Of a DNA stretch of 64,000 nucleotides, positions 17,303-28,053 are shown in pieces. Made by a program: the position numbers and the translations under genes. The stretch is from positions 144,748 to 208,747 of the forward strand of contig OY970175.1 in assembly GCA_963707865.1 (NCBI GenBank), in the 5' to 3' direction. The notes below the pieces were generated by a model. That model saw nothing but the letters and a program-made list of their open reading frames with translations, did not search any database and had not been told where the DNA came from. This DNA is from an uncultured bacterium. GTDB taxonomy: Bacteria > Patescibacteriota > Minisyncoccia > UBA6257 > 2-01-FULL-56-20. Position 1 is the first letter of the stretch. The number at the start of each line of letters is the position of its first letter.

Positions 17303-18805
17303 CTAGTTCTGTGTATTCGGTGTCCCGCTTGCGGTCGGCGGAAGGGGACCACTACCTTGGATACGGAGCATGCCCGACGCCGGGAGCGGAACGGGGGTGG
17401 GCGGTATGGTAGTGCTGCCGGTTATGATGCTTGTCACTTGCGACAGAACATTCGCGAGGCGGTCAAGGACGCCAGTCAGCTGTAGCGTCGCGCCGACTTG
17501 GATGGGGCTTTGCACGGTGATCGTGCGGCCATCGCTGGTTTGAATAACAAACGATCCGTCGCTCGTCACTTGCGTCACGGTGCCGCCGTAGGTCTGCGCC
17601 ACGGGAGGAATAGAGATATCGCGCACAATGTCGGCATTCAGGGTCTGCCCGCCGTCGCTCGTTTCCCCGTACACATTCAGCTCGTCGCCGACCTGAAGAT
17701 CGGAGAGCTGAAGCTTGGTCCGATTGCTGTCCAAAAGAATGGTCTGTGCGTCAACGTTCACCACGTATTTTCGTGCGACGTTCCATATCGGCATGAGCGC
17801 CGACGGCACTTGAATGTTTTGCAGTGCGGAGTTCGGCGCGGAGGACGGGGAGGACTGTACGCCCATCGGGCAGGCAATAGATTGCTTCGCGTTGCCGCTC
17901 GCTCCGAAACCGTAGCAGGGATAGACGGACTGCTGCGCAACCACGAGCGTGGCGCCCGTCGCTGAGGCCGAGATGGATACGAGATCAACATTGTTCAATT
18001 GCAGGAACTCGCTCTGCGCCGGTTTTGAAAGATCGCGGACGAGGTAGGCTTGGATGCTGCCGTCCGCGTTGTAATAGCCGAAAAGGTTGATCTGATCTCC
18101 TGCAGCAAAATTGTTCAAGGTTGCGGGCGTGCGGTCGCGCAGATACAGTTTTGTGGAAGCATCAACTTCAATTCGGTACGCCGCGGTGCGGATAGGATAT
18201 GGATAAGGATAAATGGCCGGCACGGTGCCGCTCGTTGCCGGCATCATAGGCATGGCAGTTGCCGTAGACGGCGTCATGGCGGGGGGCGCTGCGTCGGATG
18301 ATGGTGTGGAAGTAACCGTAGGCGGGACGGCGGTGGGAGGGATGGGACACGCGATGGCCTGTCCGGTCGCGGAATTCTCGGAATCAAACCGGTAGCACGT
18401 TGCCGAAGATGCCGAAAGCCCAGTGGGGGCCGCGGACGGAGCCACGGTCGCGGAACCCGCGCTTGCGCCCGCGCTTCCGGGAGTACTCGCCCCGGCCGCG
18501 CCGTTGTATATCATCGGGACGATGACAGGGGTAGGATATGTCGCGAGAATCTCCGCCGGCGGATTAGTCGCCGAAACGCTCTCTACGGTCAAGTCATTGA
18601 ATTGAATGAAACCGGATTCGATCATCGGCGGCGGGGCAATCGGCATCGGCGGTGAGACGATGATGGCTGGTGAGGCCTGCCCCCCACCGCTTTGGCCGAC
18701 GCCTACACCTACACCGATACCCGTTGTTTGTGCTCCTGCGAGCGGCACCATAAGCGCCACCACTGCAATTTGACCGATTGCTGCAAGTATCGCATTTTTT
18801 TTCAT
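17303..18805 (-). CDS. Secreted Pro/Ser/Thr-rich protein with DUF5666-like repeats
   Basis: Signal peptide; two repeats of VDAxT...GDxxNxxG...AxxVRD. Confidence 0.8.
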   Translation of the reverse strand: MKKNAILAAIGQIAVVALMVPLAGAQTTGIGVGVGVGQSGGGQASPAIIVSPPMPIAPPPMIESGFIQFNDLTVESVSATNPPAEILATYPTPVIVPMIYNGAAGASTPGSAGASAGSATVAPSAAPTGLSASSATCYRFDSENSATGQAIACPIPPTAVPPTVTSTPSSDAAPPAMTPSTATAMPMMPATSGTVPAIYPYPYPIRTAAYRIEVDASTKLYLRDRTPATLNNFAAGDQINLFGYYNADGSIQAYLVRDLSKPAQSEFLQLNNVDLVSISASATGATLVVAQQSVYPCYGFGASGNAKQSIACPMGVQSSPSSAPNSALQNIQVPSALMPIWNVARKYVVNVDAQTILLDSNRTKLQLSDLQVGDELNVYGETSDGGQTLNADIVRDISIPPVAQTYGGTVTQVTSDGSFVIQTSDGRTITVQSPIQVGATLQLTGVLDRLANVLSQVTSIITGSTTIPPTPVPLPASGMLRIQGSGPLPPTASGTPNTQN

Positions 18806-18858
18806 ATTCTTATAGTATATAGAACGAGCGTGCGGCCTCCCGCGTTACATTTATTTTT

Positions 18859-19875
18859 ATGAAACTATCCATCGGCATTGTGGGGCTTCCAAATGTTGGG
18901 AAATCAACGCTGTTCAAGGTTTTGACGAAACAAAACATTGTGATCGCGAACTATCCGTTCGCGACGATCGATCCGAATGTGGGTGTTGTCGCGGTTCCCG
19001 ACGAACGGCTGGAGAAACTGAACGCGCTGAGCAAATCCAAAAAAAAGATCCCAGCGGTTGTGGAATTTTATGATATTGCAGGACTCGTGAAGGGTGCCTA
19101 CAAGGGCGAGGGGCTCGGCAACCAGTTCCTTTCGCACATTCGCGACACGCAAGCGATCGTGGTCGTTCTCCGGGTATTCCAGGATTCGGAGATCATCCAC
19201 GTGGAAAACTCCGTGGACCCTCTGCGCGATCTGGAAATTATAAATTCGGAATTGATGTTGAAGGATCTGGAAACCGTTCAAAAGCGGCTCGTGAGGGCGG
19301 AAGCGGAAGCGCGAAGTGGTCAAAAGGAAGCGGCGCGGGACAAAGAAATCCTTACGCGTCTAAAAAAATGTTTGGAGGAAGGGAATTTGCCGATAGGGGA
19401 CGCGGCACTCATGCACAACCTCGCGCATGATGGCCGCATGAACGATCTCAATCTTTTAACGCTCAAGCGGCAGATATATCTTTTGAACGGCGAAGAGAAT
19501 GATGTTTCTGCGGAACTCACGGCAAAAATAAAATCGCTCGGCGCCGATTACCTCATCGCTGATCTCGCAGGCACGGATGCGGTGCCAGAACTTATTAAAA
19601 AAGCATACCAAGTGCTTGGTCTCGTGAGTTTCTTTACGACGGGGGAGGACGAAACGCGCGCGTGGACGATCGTGCATGGCACGAAGGCGCCGCAGGCGGC
19701 TGGCGTCATCCACACCGATTTTGAGGAGAAGTTCATCCGACTTGAAGTGGTCGGTTATGAAAAGCTTATGGAAGCCGGCGGTTGGAACCAAGCGAAGCAA
19801 AAAGGATGGATACGGATAGAGGGAAAGGAGTACGAGGTAAAAGACGGCGACGTCCTCGTCGTCCGCCACGGGTAG
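18859..19875 (+). CDS. ychF: Ribosome-binding ATPase YchF
   Basis: GIVGLPNVGKST, ANYPFATIDPN, DIAGLVKGA, GLGNQFL. Confidence 0.97.
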   Translation: MKLSIGIVGLPNVGKSTLFKVLTKQNIVIANYPFATIDPNVGVVAVPDERLEKLNALSKSKKKIPAVVEFYDIAGLVKGAYKGEGLGNQFLSHIRDTQAIVVVLRVFQDSEIIHVENSVDPLRDLEIINSELMLKDLETVQKRLVRAEAEARSGQKEAARDKEILTRLKKCLEEGNLPIGDAALMHNLAHDGRMNDLNLLTLKRQIYLLNGEENDVSAELTAKIKSLGADYLIADLAGTDAVPELIKKAYQVLGLVSFFTTGEDETRAWTIVHGTKAPQAAGVIHTDFEEKFIRLEVVGYEKLMEAGGWNQAKQKGWIRIEGKEYEVKDGDVLVVRHG

Positions 19876-19970
19876 GTTTACAAAAAGATTTTTTTGTGGT
19901 AAGATACCACGCGGTATCGTCGGGGTGGGGCAATTACACCCGACGAAATTTTGGGAGATATGGAGGCTAT

Positions 19971-20438
19971 ATGAATAGTGATTTTCGGAACGGCATGGAA
20001 TTCGCTTTTTTTCTAGACCGACTACGAGAGGCCGTTGGAAATTATATTTCCGAGGGAGTGGTTCAAGATGCCGAAAGGGTCACCCTACAGGAATTCAGAG
20101 CGGAGCTGGAACAGACGCTCGACTATTTCGAAAAGCTTTCAGAGAACGTTGGAGGCTGGACGTCCCAGTTCATACCCACGGCGCTCAACGCTAAGGCGGC
20201 TGGTTGTCGCCTTACGGACAGGGTCAAATACCTCCTTTTTTGGGTCCAAGATTCTTTTGAGGTTCGGCTGACCCATTCCGGGTTGATCAACGTTAGTGAA
20301 ACGCTGCGTGCCGGCAGGGAAGCCCTTAACTACTTCGATTTGTTAATTGATGGGCGGCTGGGTGAGAAAATCGCTGCCCGTCTCTGCCTGCATCTTCAAA
20401 GCAGGGCGAGGAAGCCAAGCGAGGCTTTAGCCTCGTGA
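19971..20438 (+). CDS. Hypothetical helical protein
   Basis: GGAGG before ATG 19971; fills the gap between ychF and recR. Confidence 0.6.
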   Translation: MNSDFRNGMEFAFFLDRLREAVGNYISEGVVQDAERVTLQEFRAELEQTLDYFEKLSENVGGWTSQFIPTALNAKAAGCRLTDRVKYLLFWVQDSFEVRLTHSGLINVSETLRAGREALNYFDLLIDGRLGEKIAARLCLHLQSRARKPSEALAS

Positions 20439-21047
20439 CCTTCTCTCCAGTGCGGACGCGAGGGTTTCATCGTCCGCAAACTCTATTTCACCACCGGTTG
20501 GGAGCCCTCGCCCCAACCGGCTTAATTTTTTTGTGAGCGGTGCGAGTTCTTTCGTAAGGAGCGATGCTTGGAGGTCGCCGAGGGATGTGGGATTGAAGGC
20601 AAGGATTACCTCTTCCGCCTTGGCGCCGAGACCCACGGGCGGCTTCTTTTCAATAAAACTTTTTAAGCTTTGGAGGCGCAGCTTCTGCCAATCCTCAAGA
20701 AATCCGGTCTTGGGAATTTCGCCAATGATAAAATAACGCCCGGAGAATTTTCCGGTGTTTTCCAAAGAAACAAGATCGGTTTCTTTTTCCACGATCATGA
20801 CGATGTTCTGTGCGCGGTGGGGATTCTTGCAGATATCGCAAAGTGCGCCATCGTTTTGATGGATGAAAAAGCAGCGTTCGCAGATTTTTATGTCTCCGAG
20901 TTCGGCAATGCTCGTCGCAAGACCGCGGATGTTTTGTTTTCCCTCGTTGATTAAGTGGAACGCGAGCCGAATCGCTTGACGCGGCCCAATGGAGGGAAGC
21001 TCGGAAAGTTCATCAACGACTTTTTGGATCGGCGCAGGAAGCTTCAT
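20427..21047 (-). CDS. recR: Recombination mediator RecR
   Basis: LPSIGPRQA HhH, C4 zinc finger, Toprim, GLPTGGEIEFAD. Confidence 0.95.
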   Translation of the reverse strand: MKLPAPIQKVVDELSELPSIGPRQAIRLAFHLINEGKQNIRGLATSIAELGDIKICERCFFIHQNDGALCDICKNPHRAQNIVMIVEKETDLVSLENTGKFSGRYFIIGEIPKTGFLEDWQKLRLQSLKSFIEKKPPVGLGAKAEEVILAFNPTSLGDLQASLLTKELAPLTKKLSRLGRGLPTGGEIEFADDETLASALERRSRG

Positions 21048-21115
21048 GCAGAAATTGTAGCACGGTTTCGGTGCGGTGTGGCACGTGGTATTGCGCGGGC
21101 GGGGCTCTACGGTTC

Positions 21116-22510
21116 TTATAATGCCGGAAGTTCACTGTACCGCTTTTCAACGCTTCTGAAGGTAACCCGTTCCGGATCAAAGGCGACTTCCACCTCGCCG
21201 ATGGGGCCGTTCCTGTGTTTTGCGATGAGAAGCTGCGTGACGTTCTCGGTGTCGCCGCTCCCGCTGCTCGTATTGCTCTCGCCGCCGATGTCAAACGTGT
21301 CGGCACTGCGGTCCTTGCGGTAGATGAACATTACGACGTCCGCATCTTGCTCAATGGAGCCGCTATCTCTCAAATCCGAGAGCCGTGGGACTTTGCGATC
21401 GCGCTGCTCCACGCCGCGCGAGAGCTGCGAGACGGCGAGAACCGGCACTTTAAGTTCACGCGAAAGTGCCTTCAGGCCGCGCGAGATCTCTGTGACCTGC
21501 TGGACCATGTTATCGGAATTCGTGCGCGGGCGAATGAGCTGGAGATAATCCACGATTAAAAGATCCAGGCCGTGTTCCACCTGCAGGCGCCGCGCCATGG
21601 AACGCATTTGCATAATGTTCAACGACGGACTGTCGTCAATAAAAAGTTTCGTTCCAGAAAGGCGGTCCAGCGCTTGCTGGATCATGCCGAATTCCGTATC
21701 GCTCTTGATGCGGCCGGTGAGGATGTTCCAGAGCGGTACCTGTGATTCCGCAGAAATGATGCGATCAATGACCTGTTCGCGCGACATTTCAAGCGAGAAA
21801 GTGCCTACGGTATGGCCCGCGAGCGCGGCATGGCGCGCAATGTCCAAGGCGAATGCGGTTTTGCCGGTTGACGGCCGCCCGCCGAGAATGATGAGATCGG
21901 ATTTTTGTAAACCGGACAGTTTGTTATCAAGCGCAGTGAAACCGGTGGGGACCCCGCGGAGCTTGTCGCCGCCCTCATGGAGCTTCGCCATACGCTCCGC
22001 GGCGTTTTTCAATTCGTCCTTTACGGCAAGAAAATTCTGCGGAGTGGATTTTTGCGAAATGGACAAAATCTTCTGTTCAATGTTGTCCATTAGGTCTTCA
22101 AGCTCCTGCGTTGGCCCGAACACATCCTCCGTGATTTCGGCGGATGCTTTGATAAGATCGCGCAGCACTTTTTTTTCTTTCACGATGCCTGCGTAATGTT
22201 GCACGTGTGAGGCCGTCGTTACCTGATTCGTGAGGTCTGCAAGATAGCTTGAGCCGCCGATCTGCGTGAGCAAATCCCTTTCTTTGAGGTAGTTCGTCAA
22301 GCTTAACACATCAATCGGTTGCCGCTTTTCATAGAGCGCGAGGATCGCTTCGTAGATCTTTTCATGGGCCGGCGAATAGAAATCCTCCGGCGCGATCACG
22401 TCCGCCACGCGGAAAATCGCGTTCTTATCTATCAGAATGCTTCCCAAAACCGCCTGTTCGGCTTCAAGGTTCTGTGGCGGGATTTTTAGTTGTGATTTTT
22501 TTGTTGCCAT
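21116..22510 (-). CDS. dnaB: Replicative DNA helicase
   Basis: PPQNLEAEQAVLG, GRPSTGKT, VDYLQL, LRDSGSIEQDAD, KHRNGP. Confidence 0.97.
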   Translation of the reverse strand: MATKKSQLKIPPQNLEAEQAVLGSILIDKNAIFRVADVIAPEDFYSPAHEKIYEAILALYEKRQPIDVLSLTNYLKERDLLTQIGGSSYLADLTNQVTTASHVQHYAGIVKEKKVLRDLIKASAEITEDVFGPTQELEDLMDNIEQKILSISQKSTPQNFLAVKDELKNAAERMAKLHEGGDKLRGVPTGFTALDNKLSGLQKSDLIILGGRPSTGKTAFALDIARHAALAGHTVGTFSLEMSREQVIDRIISAESQVPLWNILTGRIKSDTEFGMIQQALDRLSGTKLFIDDSPSLNIMQMRSMARRLQVEHGLDLLIVDYLQLIRPRTNSDNMVQQVTEISRGLKALSRELKVPVLAVSQLSRGVEQRDRKVPRLSDLRDSGSIEQDADVVMFIYRKDRSADTFDIGGESNTSSGSGDTENVTQLLIAKHRNGPIGEVEVAFDPERVTFRSVEKRYSELPAL

Positions 22511-23948
22511 GAGGGAAGAATATTTTTACGACTTCAGTAGTGTTCACCTTATCCCTTACGGAGAAGTTTAAAGCTTTTATTTCTTTTCTCAAGGCGTCGG
22601 ACTGCATAAACTGTTTATTATCTCTTAATGTTTTATATTCTTTCATTTTCCTTGCAATTTCCTCATCTTTTTCGGGAGAATAATGCATTGGGACGTCCAA
22701 GCGGAGACCCAATACCTCATCAAAGCGTTTCACGAGCTCTAATTTTTTCATGGGATCTCCATGATCGCCGAGCATATCGTGCAGTACACTGAGAGCTTTG
22801 GGGATGTTTAAATCGTCATCAATAGCTTCCAGGAACGCTTCTTCGTATTCCTTAAGGCTTTTCGTCTCTTTCCCACCAACAAGGTTCTTTCCGTCGTAAT
22901 TCGGCTGAATAGCTTGCGCATGACAATCATAGATCGTTCTATAAAGCCGTTCCATTGCATTTCTCGCGGAGTCCAAACTCTCCCATGTGAAATTGATCTT
23001 GGTCCTATAGTGCGCACCAAGAACAAGATAGCGAAAAAGAATGGGTTGATATCCTTTCTTTTCGAGCTCGGAGAGCGTAATGAAGTTGCCCTCCGATTTT
23101 CCCATGCGTGCGTCATTAATGATTAGATGCTCTCCATGCACCCAGATGTTCGCGAGCGGTACCCCGTAGGCCGCCTCGGACTGTGCGATCTCATTCGTAT
23201 GATGTGTGCCGATATGGTCCACGCCGCCGGTGTGGATATCAAATGGTTGTCCGAGAAAATGCCGCGAGATAGCGGAGCATTCAACATGCCAACCAGGGAA
23301 ACCTTCCCCCCACGGTGACGGCCAGTGCAAAAGATGTTTTTTGAATTTACCCGTGAGCTTGAACCAGAGCGCAAAGTCGGCGGCATTGCGCTTTTCTTTG
23401 TCCACGACTATTTCGTCGCGTGCGCCAACTACCTTTTCTTCCAGTGACTGACCGGAAAGTTTGCCATATTGTTTAAATTTGCTTACGTCGAAATAAACGG
23501 CGTTCGGCGTTTGGTAGGCGAACCCTTTTTCAAATAATGTTTGAATGATGGCGATCTGCTCGCCTATGAATTTCGTTACCGGCGCAATGATGTCCGGTTT
23601 TTTGATGCTCAGTTTTTCAAGATCATTGAAGAAAGCATCGGTGTAGAACTGTGCAATTTCTTCAGTGGATTTTTTCTGCGCTTGTGCCGCCTTGTCCATC
23701 TTATCGTCGCCGGCGTCGGAATCGTTGGTAAGATGTCCCACATCCGTGATGTTCATCACACGGCGCACGGCATAGCCATTGTATTCAAGCGTTCTTTGGA
23801 GAATATCCTCAAAAATGTACGTGCGGAGGTTGCCGATATGCGCGAAATTGTAGACTGTCGGTCCGCAGGTGTAGAGCCCGACCCATTCTTTGTGGATCGG
23901 CGTTAACGTCTCTTTTTCTCGTGTGAGCGTATTAAAAAGCCGGAGCAT
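22464..23948 (-). CDS. cysS: Cysteine--tRNA ligase
   Basis: CGPTVY, HIGN, PGWHVECS, RMGKS (KMSKS-equivalent). Confidence 0.96.
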   Translation of the reverse strand: MLRLFNTLTREKETLTPIHKEWVGLYTCGPTVYNFAHIGNLRTYIFEDILQRTLEYNGYAVRRVMNITDVGHLTNDSDAGDDKMDKAAQAQKKSTEEIAQFYTDAFFNDLEKLSIKKPDIIAPVTKFIGEQIAIIQTLFEKGFAYQTPNAVYFDVSKFKQYGKLSGQSLEEKVVGARDEIVVDKEKRNAADFALWFKLTGKFKKHLLHWPSPWGEGFPGWHVECSAISRHFLGQPFDIHTGGVDHIGTHHTNEIAQSEAAYGVPLANIWVHGEHLIINDARMGKSEGNFITLSELEKKGYQPILFRYLVLGAHYRTKINFTWESLDSARNAMERLYRTIYDCHAQAIQPNYDGKNLVGGKETKSLKEYEEAFLEAIDDDLNIPKALSVLHDMLGDHGDPMKKLELVKRFDEVLGLRLDVPMHYSPEKDEEIARKMKEYKTLRDNKQFMQSDALRKEIKALNFSVRDKVNTTEVVKIFFPHGNKKITTKNPATEP

Positions 23949-23960
23949 GACTCAAAACGT

Positions 23961-24842
23961 TTAAAACCATCCCTTCCGTTTGAAATAGATTGCGAGAATT
24001 ATCATCGCGGCGGCCATGGCGCCGGCCACGATCCAAAAAGCGCCCGGAAGACCTATGATGGGGGTGTCCTGCGTCCTCATGCTGAAGAGCCCGGCGAGGA
24101 GCACGAAAGGGAAGGTGAGGAACGAGAGCGCGGTGAACGTTTTCATCACGTTAGAAATTTTCAGGTTCATCAGTTGGTTGTTGGTTTCCTCAAAGTCAAC
24201 GATGGTCTCGCGGTAGTCCTCCAGCTGGTTCACCACTTTCAGTTGGTCCCCGATGAGGTCGTTCAGGTATATTTCCGCATCGTCTCCCCAGAATTTTTTT
24301 CCTTTGGCAAGGAGCGAGCGGAGGATCGGCTCTTGAAGGCGTACGATGATGCGGTATTCCGATACGTCGCGCTTCAGGTACATGATGCGCGCGAGGACTT
24401 CCTGCTCTTTCCCTTTGAAGATATTCCGGCCGACGTCTTCCACTTTTTCTCGGACGTGGCGCAGCTGCCGTTCTTCATAAGCAATCAGGTGTTCCACGAT
24501 GTGGCACATGAGCTCCAGGGAGTTTTTTTCGTGCCGCACTGCAAAGTGATCCAGTGCTTCCGTGATCGGTTCGTAATGGACGGTGGCGACGGTATCCTTT
24601 GCGACGATGAAATCTATTTCCGTCCGCACCGACGTTTCATCGTCCGTATCGTACTTCGGGAAGTAATAAACAAAAAAGAGATAGTCCTTATAGACCTCCG
24701 CGTGCGCCCGCGCGGAGGGACCCTTAAGCTCATCCACGATGACCGGGTGCAATCCGAATTTCTTCTTGAGCCATGCAAGATCGTTTCTCGTCGGCCGCGC
24801 GATGTCAATCCATTCCACGTGTGTGTTCCTCTCGGTATCCAT
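23961..24842 (-). CDS. corA: CorA-family divalent cation transporter
   Basis: Two C-terminal TMs, NVMKTFT...GLFSMR (GMN motif divergent). Confidence 0.85.
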   Translation of the reverse strand: MDTERNTHVEWIDIARPTRNDLAWLKKKFGLHPVIVDELKGPSARAHAEVYKDYLFFVYYFPKYDTDDETSVRTEIDFIVAKDTVATVHYEPITEALDHFAVRHEKNSLELMCHIVEHLIAYEERQLRHVREKVEDVGRNIFKGKEQEVLARIMYLKRDVSEYRIIVRLQEPILRSLLAKGKKFWGDDAEIYLNDLIGDQLKVVNQLEDYRETIVDFEETNNQLMNLKISNVMKTFTALSFLTFPFVLLAGLFSMRTQDTPIIGLPGAFWIVAGAMAAAMIILAIYFKRKGWF

Positions 24843-24869
24843 TGAAAATATTGTACCATACCGTGCGTA

Positions 24870-24908
24870 TTAGCACTCTCTTGACATGATTGCTAATCGC
24901 GCTATAAT
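24870..24908 (+). promoter_or_regulatory. CIRCE operator overlapping the sigma70 promoter of hrcA
   Basis: TTAGCACTC-N9-GATTGCTAA (24870-24896, one mismatch to consensus); TTGACA 24881, TATAAT 24903. Confidence 0.92.
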
Positions 24909-24915
24909 GGCCTTG

Positions 24916-25587
24916 ATGAATGAGCGGACGTTGCAAATCCTTGAAGCGGCAGTGCAGGGTTTCATTGCGACAGGGGAGCCCGTGAGCTCGGGATGGCTTT
25001 TTGACCATTACGATTTCGGTATCAAGCCGGCGACGATTCGGTTGGAGCTTGACGCGCTGGAGGACGCGGAATATTTGGAGCAGCCGCATCATTCGGCCGG
25101 ACGCGTGCCCACGGATGCGGGTTACGAATTTTTCGCAAAGCGGCTTTTGGGCACAGTTTTGGAATCGCGCGAACCGACCCTTGCCGAACTTTTTCACGAG
25201 CGCGCGTGGCCGGATCTTTTGGGCCATCTTTCTGCGGAATTGCGGCTCGTGAGCGTGGCTGCGGACCTTGCGCACGAAGCGGTTTATAAGGCCGGCCTTG
25301 AGGAGCTCGTGGACTGCCTGGATTGGGAAAATCGTGACGAGATCCGCTCGGTGATTCGCGATTTTGAAGATGTGGACGAGCGTTTGCCGCGGGCGGCGGA
25401 GAAAATTGGCCCGGCGGGCGAAGCGCCGAAGGTCTTCATCGGCAGGAAAAGCCCGCTTACGAAAAGTGAGAACCTTTCCGTGATCGGCGGGAATTACCGC
25501 GTGGGCGGTACCACCATTTCTATGTTTGCCATTGGCCCGAAGCGGATGGATTATAAAAAGGTCATAAGAATTTTCAAAAGTTTGTAA
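24916..25587 (+). CDS. hrcA: Heat-inducible repressor HrcA (short form)
   Basis: TGEPVSS, PATIR, QPHHSAGRVPT, IGPKRMDY. Confidence 0.93.
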   Translation: MNERTLQILEAAVQGFIATGEPVSSGWLFDHYDFGIKPATIRLELDALEDAEYLEQPHHSAGRVPTDAGYEFFAKRLLGTVLESREPTLAELFHERAWPDLLGHLSAELRLVSVAADLAHEAVYKAGLEELVDCLDWENRDEIRSVIRDFEDVDERLPRAAEKIGPAGEAPKVFIGRKSPLTKSENLSVIGGNYRVGGTTISMFAIGPKRMDYKKVIRIFKSL

Positions 25588-25596
25588 TATATAATC

Positions 25597-26124
25597 ATGG
25601 CAGAGGAGGAAAAAGATAAAAACACGAAACCTGACGTAATGGATGCAACGTCAGGCGTAGCCGCAACAGACGCGCTCACGGAAAAGCTCGCCGAGGCGGA
25701 AAAACAGCGCGACGAGTATCTCGCTGGTTGGCAACGGGCGAAGGCGGACTTCATCAATTACAAAAAAGAGGAATTCGCGCATTTGGAAGAGGTGGCGCGG
25801 TACGGGAGCGAGGATCTGATCGGGGATCTCATTACGGTGCTTGATAATTTTGATCTTGGGCTGCGGGCGTTTGAAAAGAACGGCACCGTAGAAAAGGGCG
25901 TTTACCTCATCCGGTCGCAGATAGAAGATATTTTGAAAAAGCGCGGACTTACGAAGATAATCATTAAGCCGGGCGATCCGTTTAACCCGGCGGTCGCCGA
26001 GGCGATGACCGAGGTGGAATCGGAACAATCGCCCGGGACGATCGTGGAAGAGATAGAGCCCGGATACAAATTACATGACAGGGTATTGCGGGCCGCGCGC
26101 GTCATTATAGCAAAAAGCAAATAA
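25597..26124 (+). CDS. grpE: Nucleotide exchange factor GrpE
   Basis: RAKADFINYKK, VLDNF, GYKLHDRVLRAARV. Confidence 0.95.
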   Translation: MAEEEKDKNTKPDVMDATSGVAATDALTEKLAEAEKQRDEYLAGWQRAKADFINYKKEEFAHLEEVARYGSEDLIGDLITVLDNFDLGLRAFEKNGTVEKGVYLIRSQIEDILKKRGLTKIIIKPGDPFNPAVAEAMTEVESEQSPGTIVEEIEPGYKLHDRVLRAARVIIAKSK

Positions 26125-26166
26125 AACCAGTCGAAAATAGAAATTAAATAATTTTAAACAAGAACA

Positions 26167-28053
26167 ATGGCAAAAATTTTGGGAATTGATCTGGGGACGA
26201 CAAACTCTGCGGTGGCGGTGACTGAAGGCGGCGAACCGCGCATCCTGGAGAACACGGAAGGGAACCGCACGACGCCCTCCATCGTTGCGATGTCAAAATC
26301 AAACGAGCGATTGGTGGGGTTGCTCGCGAAGCGGCAATCGGTGACAAATCCGAAGAATACTATTTTTTCGGTGAAGCGGCTGATGGGACGGAAGTTTACC
26401 GACCCCGAGGTGCAGCGGGATAAGGCGTGGCTTCCGTACGATATCCAGGCGAGTGCGACCGGCGGTGTGGAAGTGAAAATGGGCGACAAGTGGTATTCGC
26501 CGGAAGAGATCTCTGCGTTTATCCTTGGCAAATTGAAGGCCGACGCGGAAGCGAAGCTTGGCGAGAAGGTAGAAGAGGCTGTGATCACGGTGCCGGCGTA
26601 TTTTGACGACTCGCAGCGGCAAGCCACGAAGAATGCCGGCGAGATCGCAGGCCTCAAGGTGCGCCGCATCATCAACGAGCCGACGGCAGCCGCACTTGCG
26701 TACGGTTTGAACAAGCAGAAAAGCGAAAAGATCGTCGTCTACGACTTCGGCGGCGGGACGTTTGATATTTCCGTGCTTGAGGTGGGCGACGACGTCGTGG
26801 AAGCGAAAGCGACCGGTGGTGACACGCACTTGGGCGGCGACGATTTTGATAAAGAGATCCAGGAATACCTCGTTGCGGAGTATAAAAAGCAGCAGGGGAT
26901 TGATATTTCAAAGGACCCGCTTGCACTCCAGCGCCTGAAGGAGGCGGCTGAAAAAGCGAAACACGAACTTTCAACGGCGGTGGAAACCGAGATCAATCTG
27001 CCGTATATCAGCTCCGATGCGAACGGCCCGAAGCACTTCCTGATGAAACTTTCGCGCGCGAAACTGGAATCGCTCGTGCAGAAATACATTGACCGGTCCA
27101 TTCAGTTGACAAATGAGACTGTCACATCGCCCGCGCCGAAGGGTGCCGGGTTCAAAATGGAGGACATCAACGAAGTGATTTTGGTGGGCGGGCAGACGCG
27201 GATGCCCGCGATGCAAGAAGCCGTCAAAAAACTATTTGGAAAGGATCCGCACCAGGGCATCAACCCCGACGAAGTGGTGGCGGCCGGCGCCGCGGTGCAG
27301 GCTGGTATCCTGCAGGGCGATGTGAAGGACATCCTGCTTCTTGACGTGACACCGCTTACGCTTGCGATTGAGACCTATGGATCGGTCGCGACACCCATGA
27401 TCCAAAAGAACACGACGGTGCCGACCGCGAAGACGCAGATTTTTAGCACAGCCGGGGACAATCAGACGTCCGTGGAAGTGCATGTGGTCCAGGGAGAACG
27501 CCCGATGGCGGGGGACAACAAAACACTCGCGCGCTTCATGCTGGACGGCATCCCCCCTTCGCCGCGCGGCATGCCGCAGATAGAAGTGATATTTGACATT
27601 GACGCGAATGGGATCCTGAATGTTTCTGCGAAGGACAAAGCGACCAGTAAGACACAGTCGGTGAAAATCCAGGCATCAACAAACCTCTCCAAGGACGAAA
27701 TTGAAAAATTAAAAAAGGAAGCTGCCGAGCATGCGGTGGAGGACGCGAAGAAGAAAGAACTGATAGAGGCGCGTAACCAGGCCGAGGCGCTTATTTACAC
27801 AACGGAGAAGGCTATAAAGGATGCCGGGGAAAAATTGCCGGCCGACGTGAAGGCCAGCGTGACCGAGAAGCTTGAGGCGCTAAAAAAGGCGAAGGACATG
27901 GAAGATATCGCGGCGATCCAGTCGGCCACTGCATCGCTTTCGGCCGAGATTCAAAAAATCGGCCAGGCGTTCTATAATAAGAATGATGGAAATCAATCCG
28001 GCGACGCTCACGGGACCGAGAACCCAGAGCCAAAACCTGATCAATCCCACTAA
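26167..28053 (+). CDS. dnaK: Chaperone DnaK
   Basis: [30 protein letters not shown]. Confidence 0.98.
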   Translation: MAKILGIDLGTTNSAVAVTEGGEPRILENTEGNRTTPSIVAMSKSNERLVGLLAKRQSVTNPKNTIFSVKRLMGRKFTDPEVQRDKAWLPYDIQASATGGVEVKMGDKWYSPEEISAFILGKLKADAEAKLGEKVEEAVITVPAYFDDSQRQATKNAGEIAGLKVRRIINEPTAAALAYGLNKQKSEKIVVYDFGGGTFDISVLEVGDDVVEAKATGGDTHLGGDDFDKEIQEYLVAEYKKQQGIDISKDPLALQRLKEAAEKAKHELSTAVETEINLPYISSDANGPKHFLMKLSRAKLESLVQKYIDRSIQLTNETVTSPAPKGAGFKMEDINEVILVGGQTRMPAMQEAVKKLFGKDPHQGINPDEVVAAGAAVQAGILQGDVKDILLLDVTPLTLAIETYGSVATPMIQKNTTVPTAKTQIFSTAGDNQTSVEVHVVQGERPMAGDNKTLARFMLDGIPPSPRGMPQIEVIFDIDANGILNVSAKDKATSKTQSVKIQASTNLSKDEIEKLKKEAAEHAVEDAKKKELIEARNQAEALIYTTEKAIKDAGEKLPADVKASVTEKLEALKKAKDMEDIAAIQSATASLSAEIQKIGQAFYNKNDGNQSGDAHGTENPEPKPDQSH

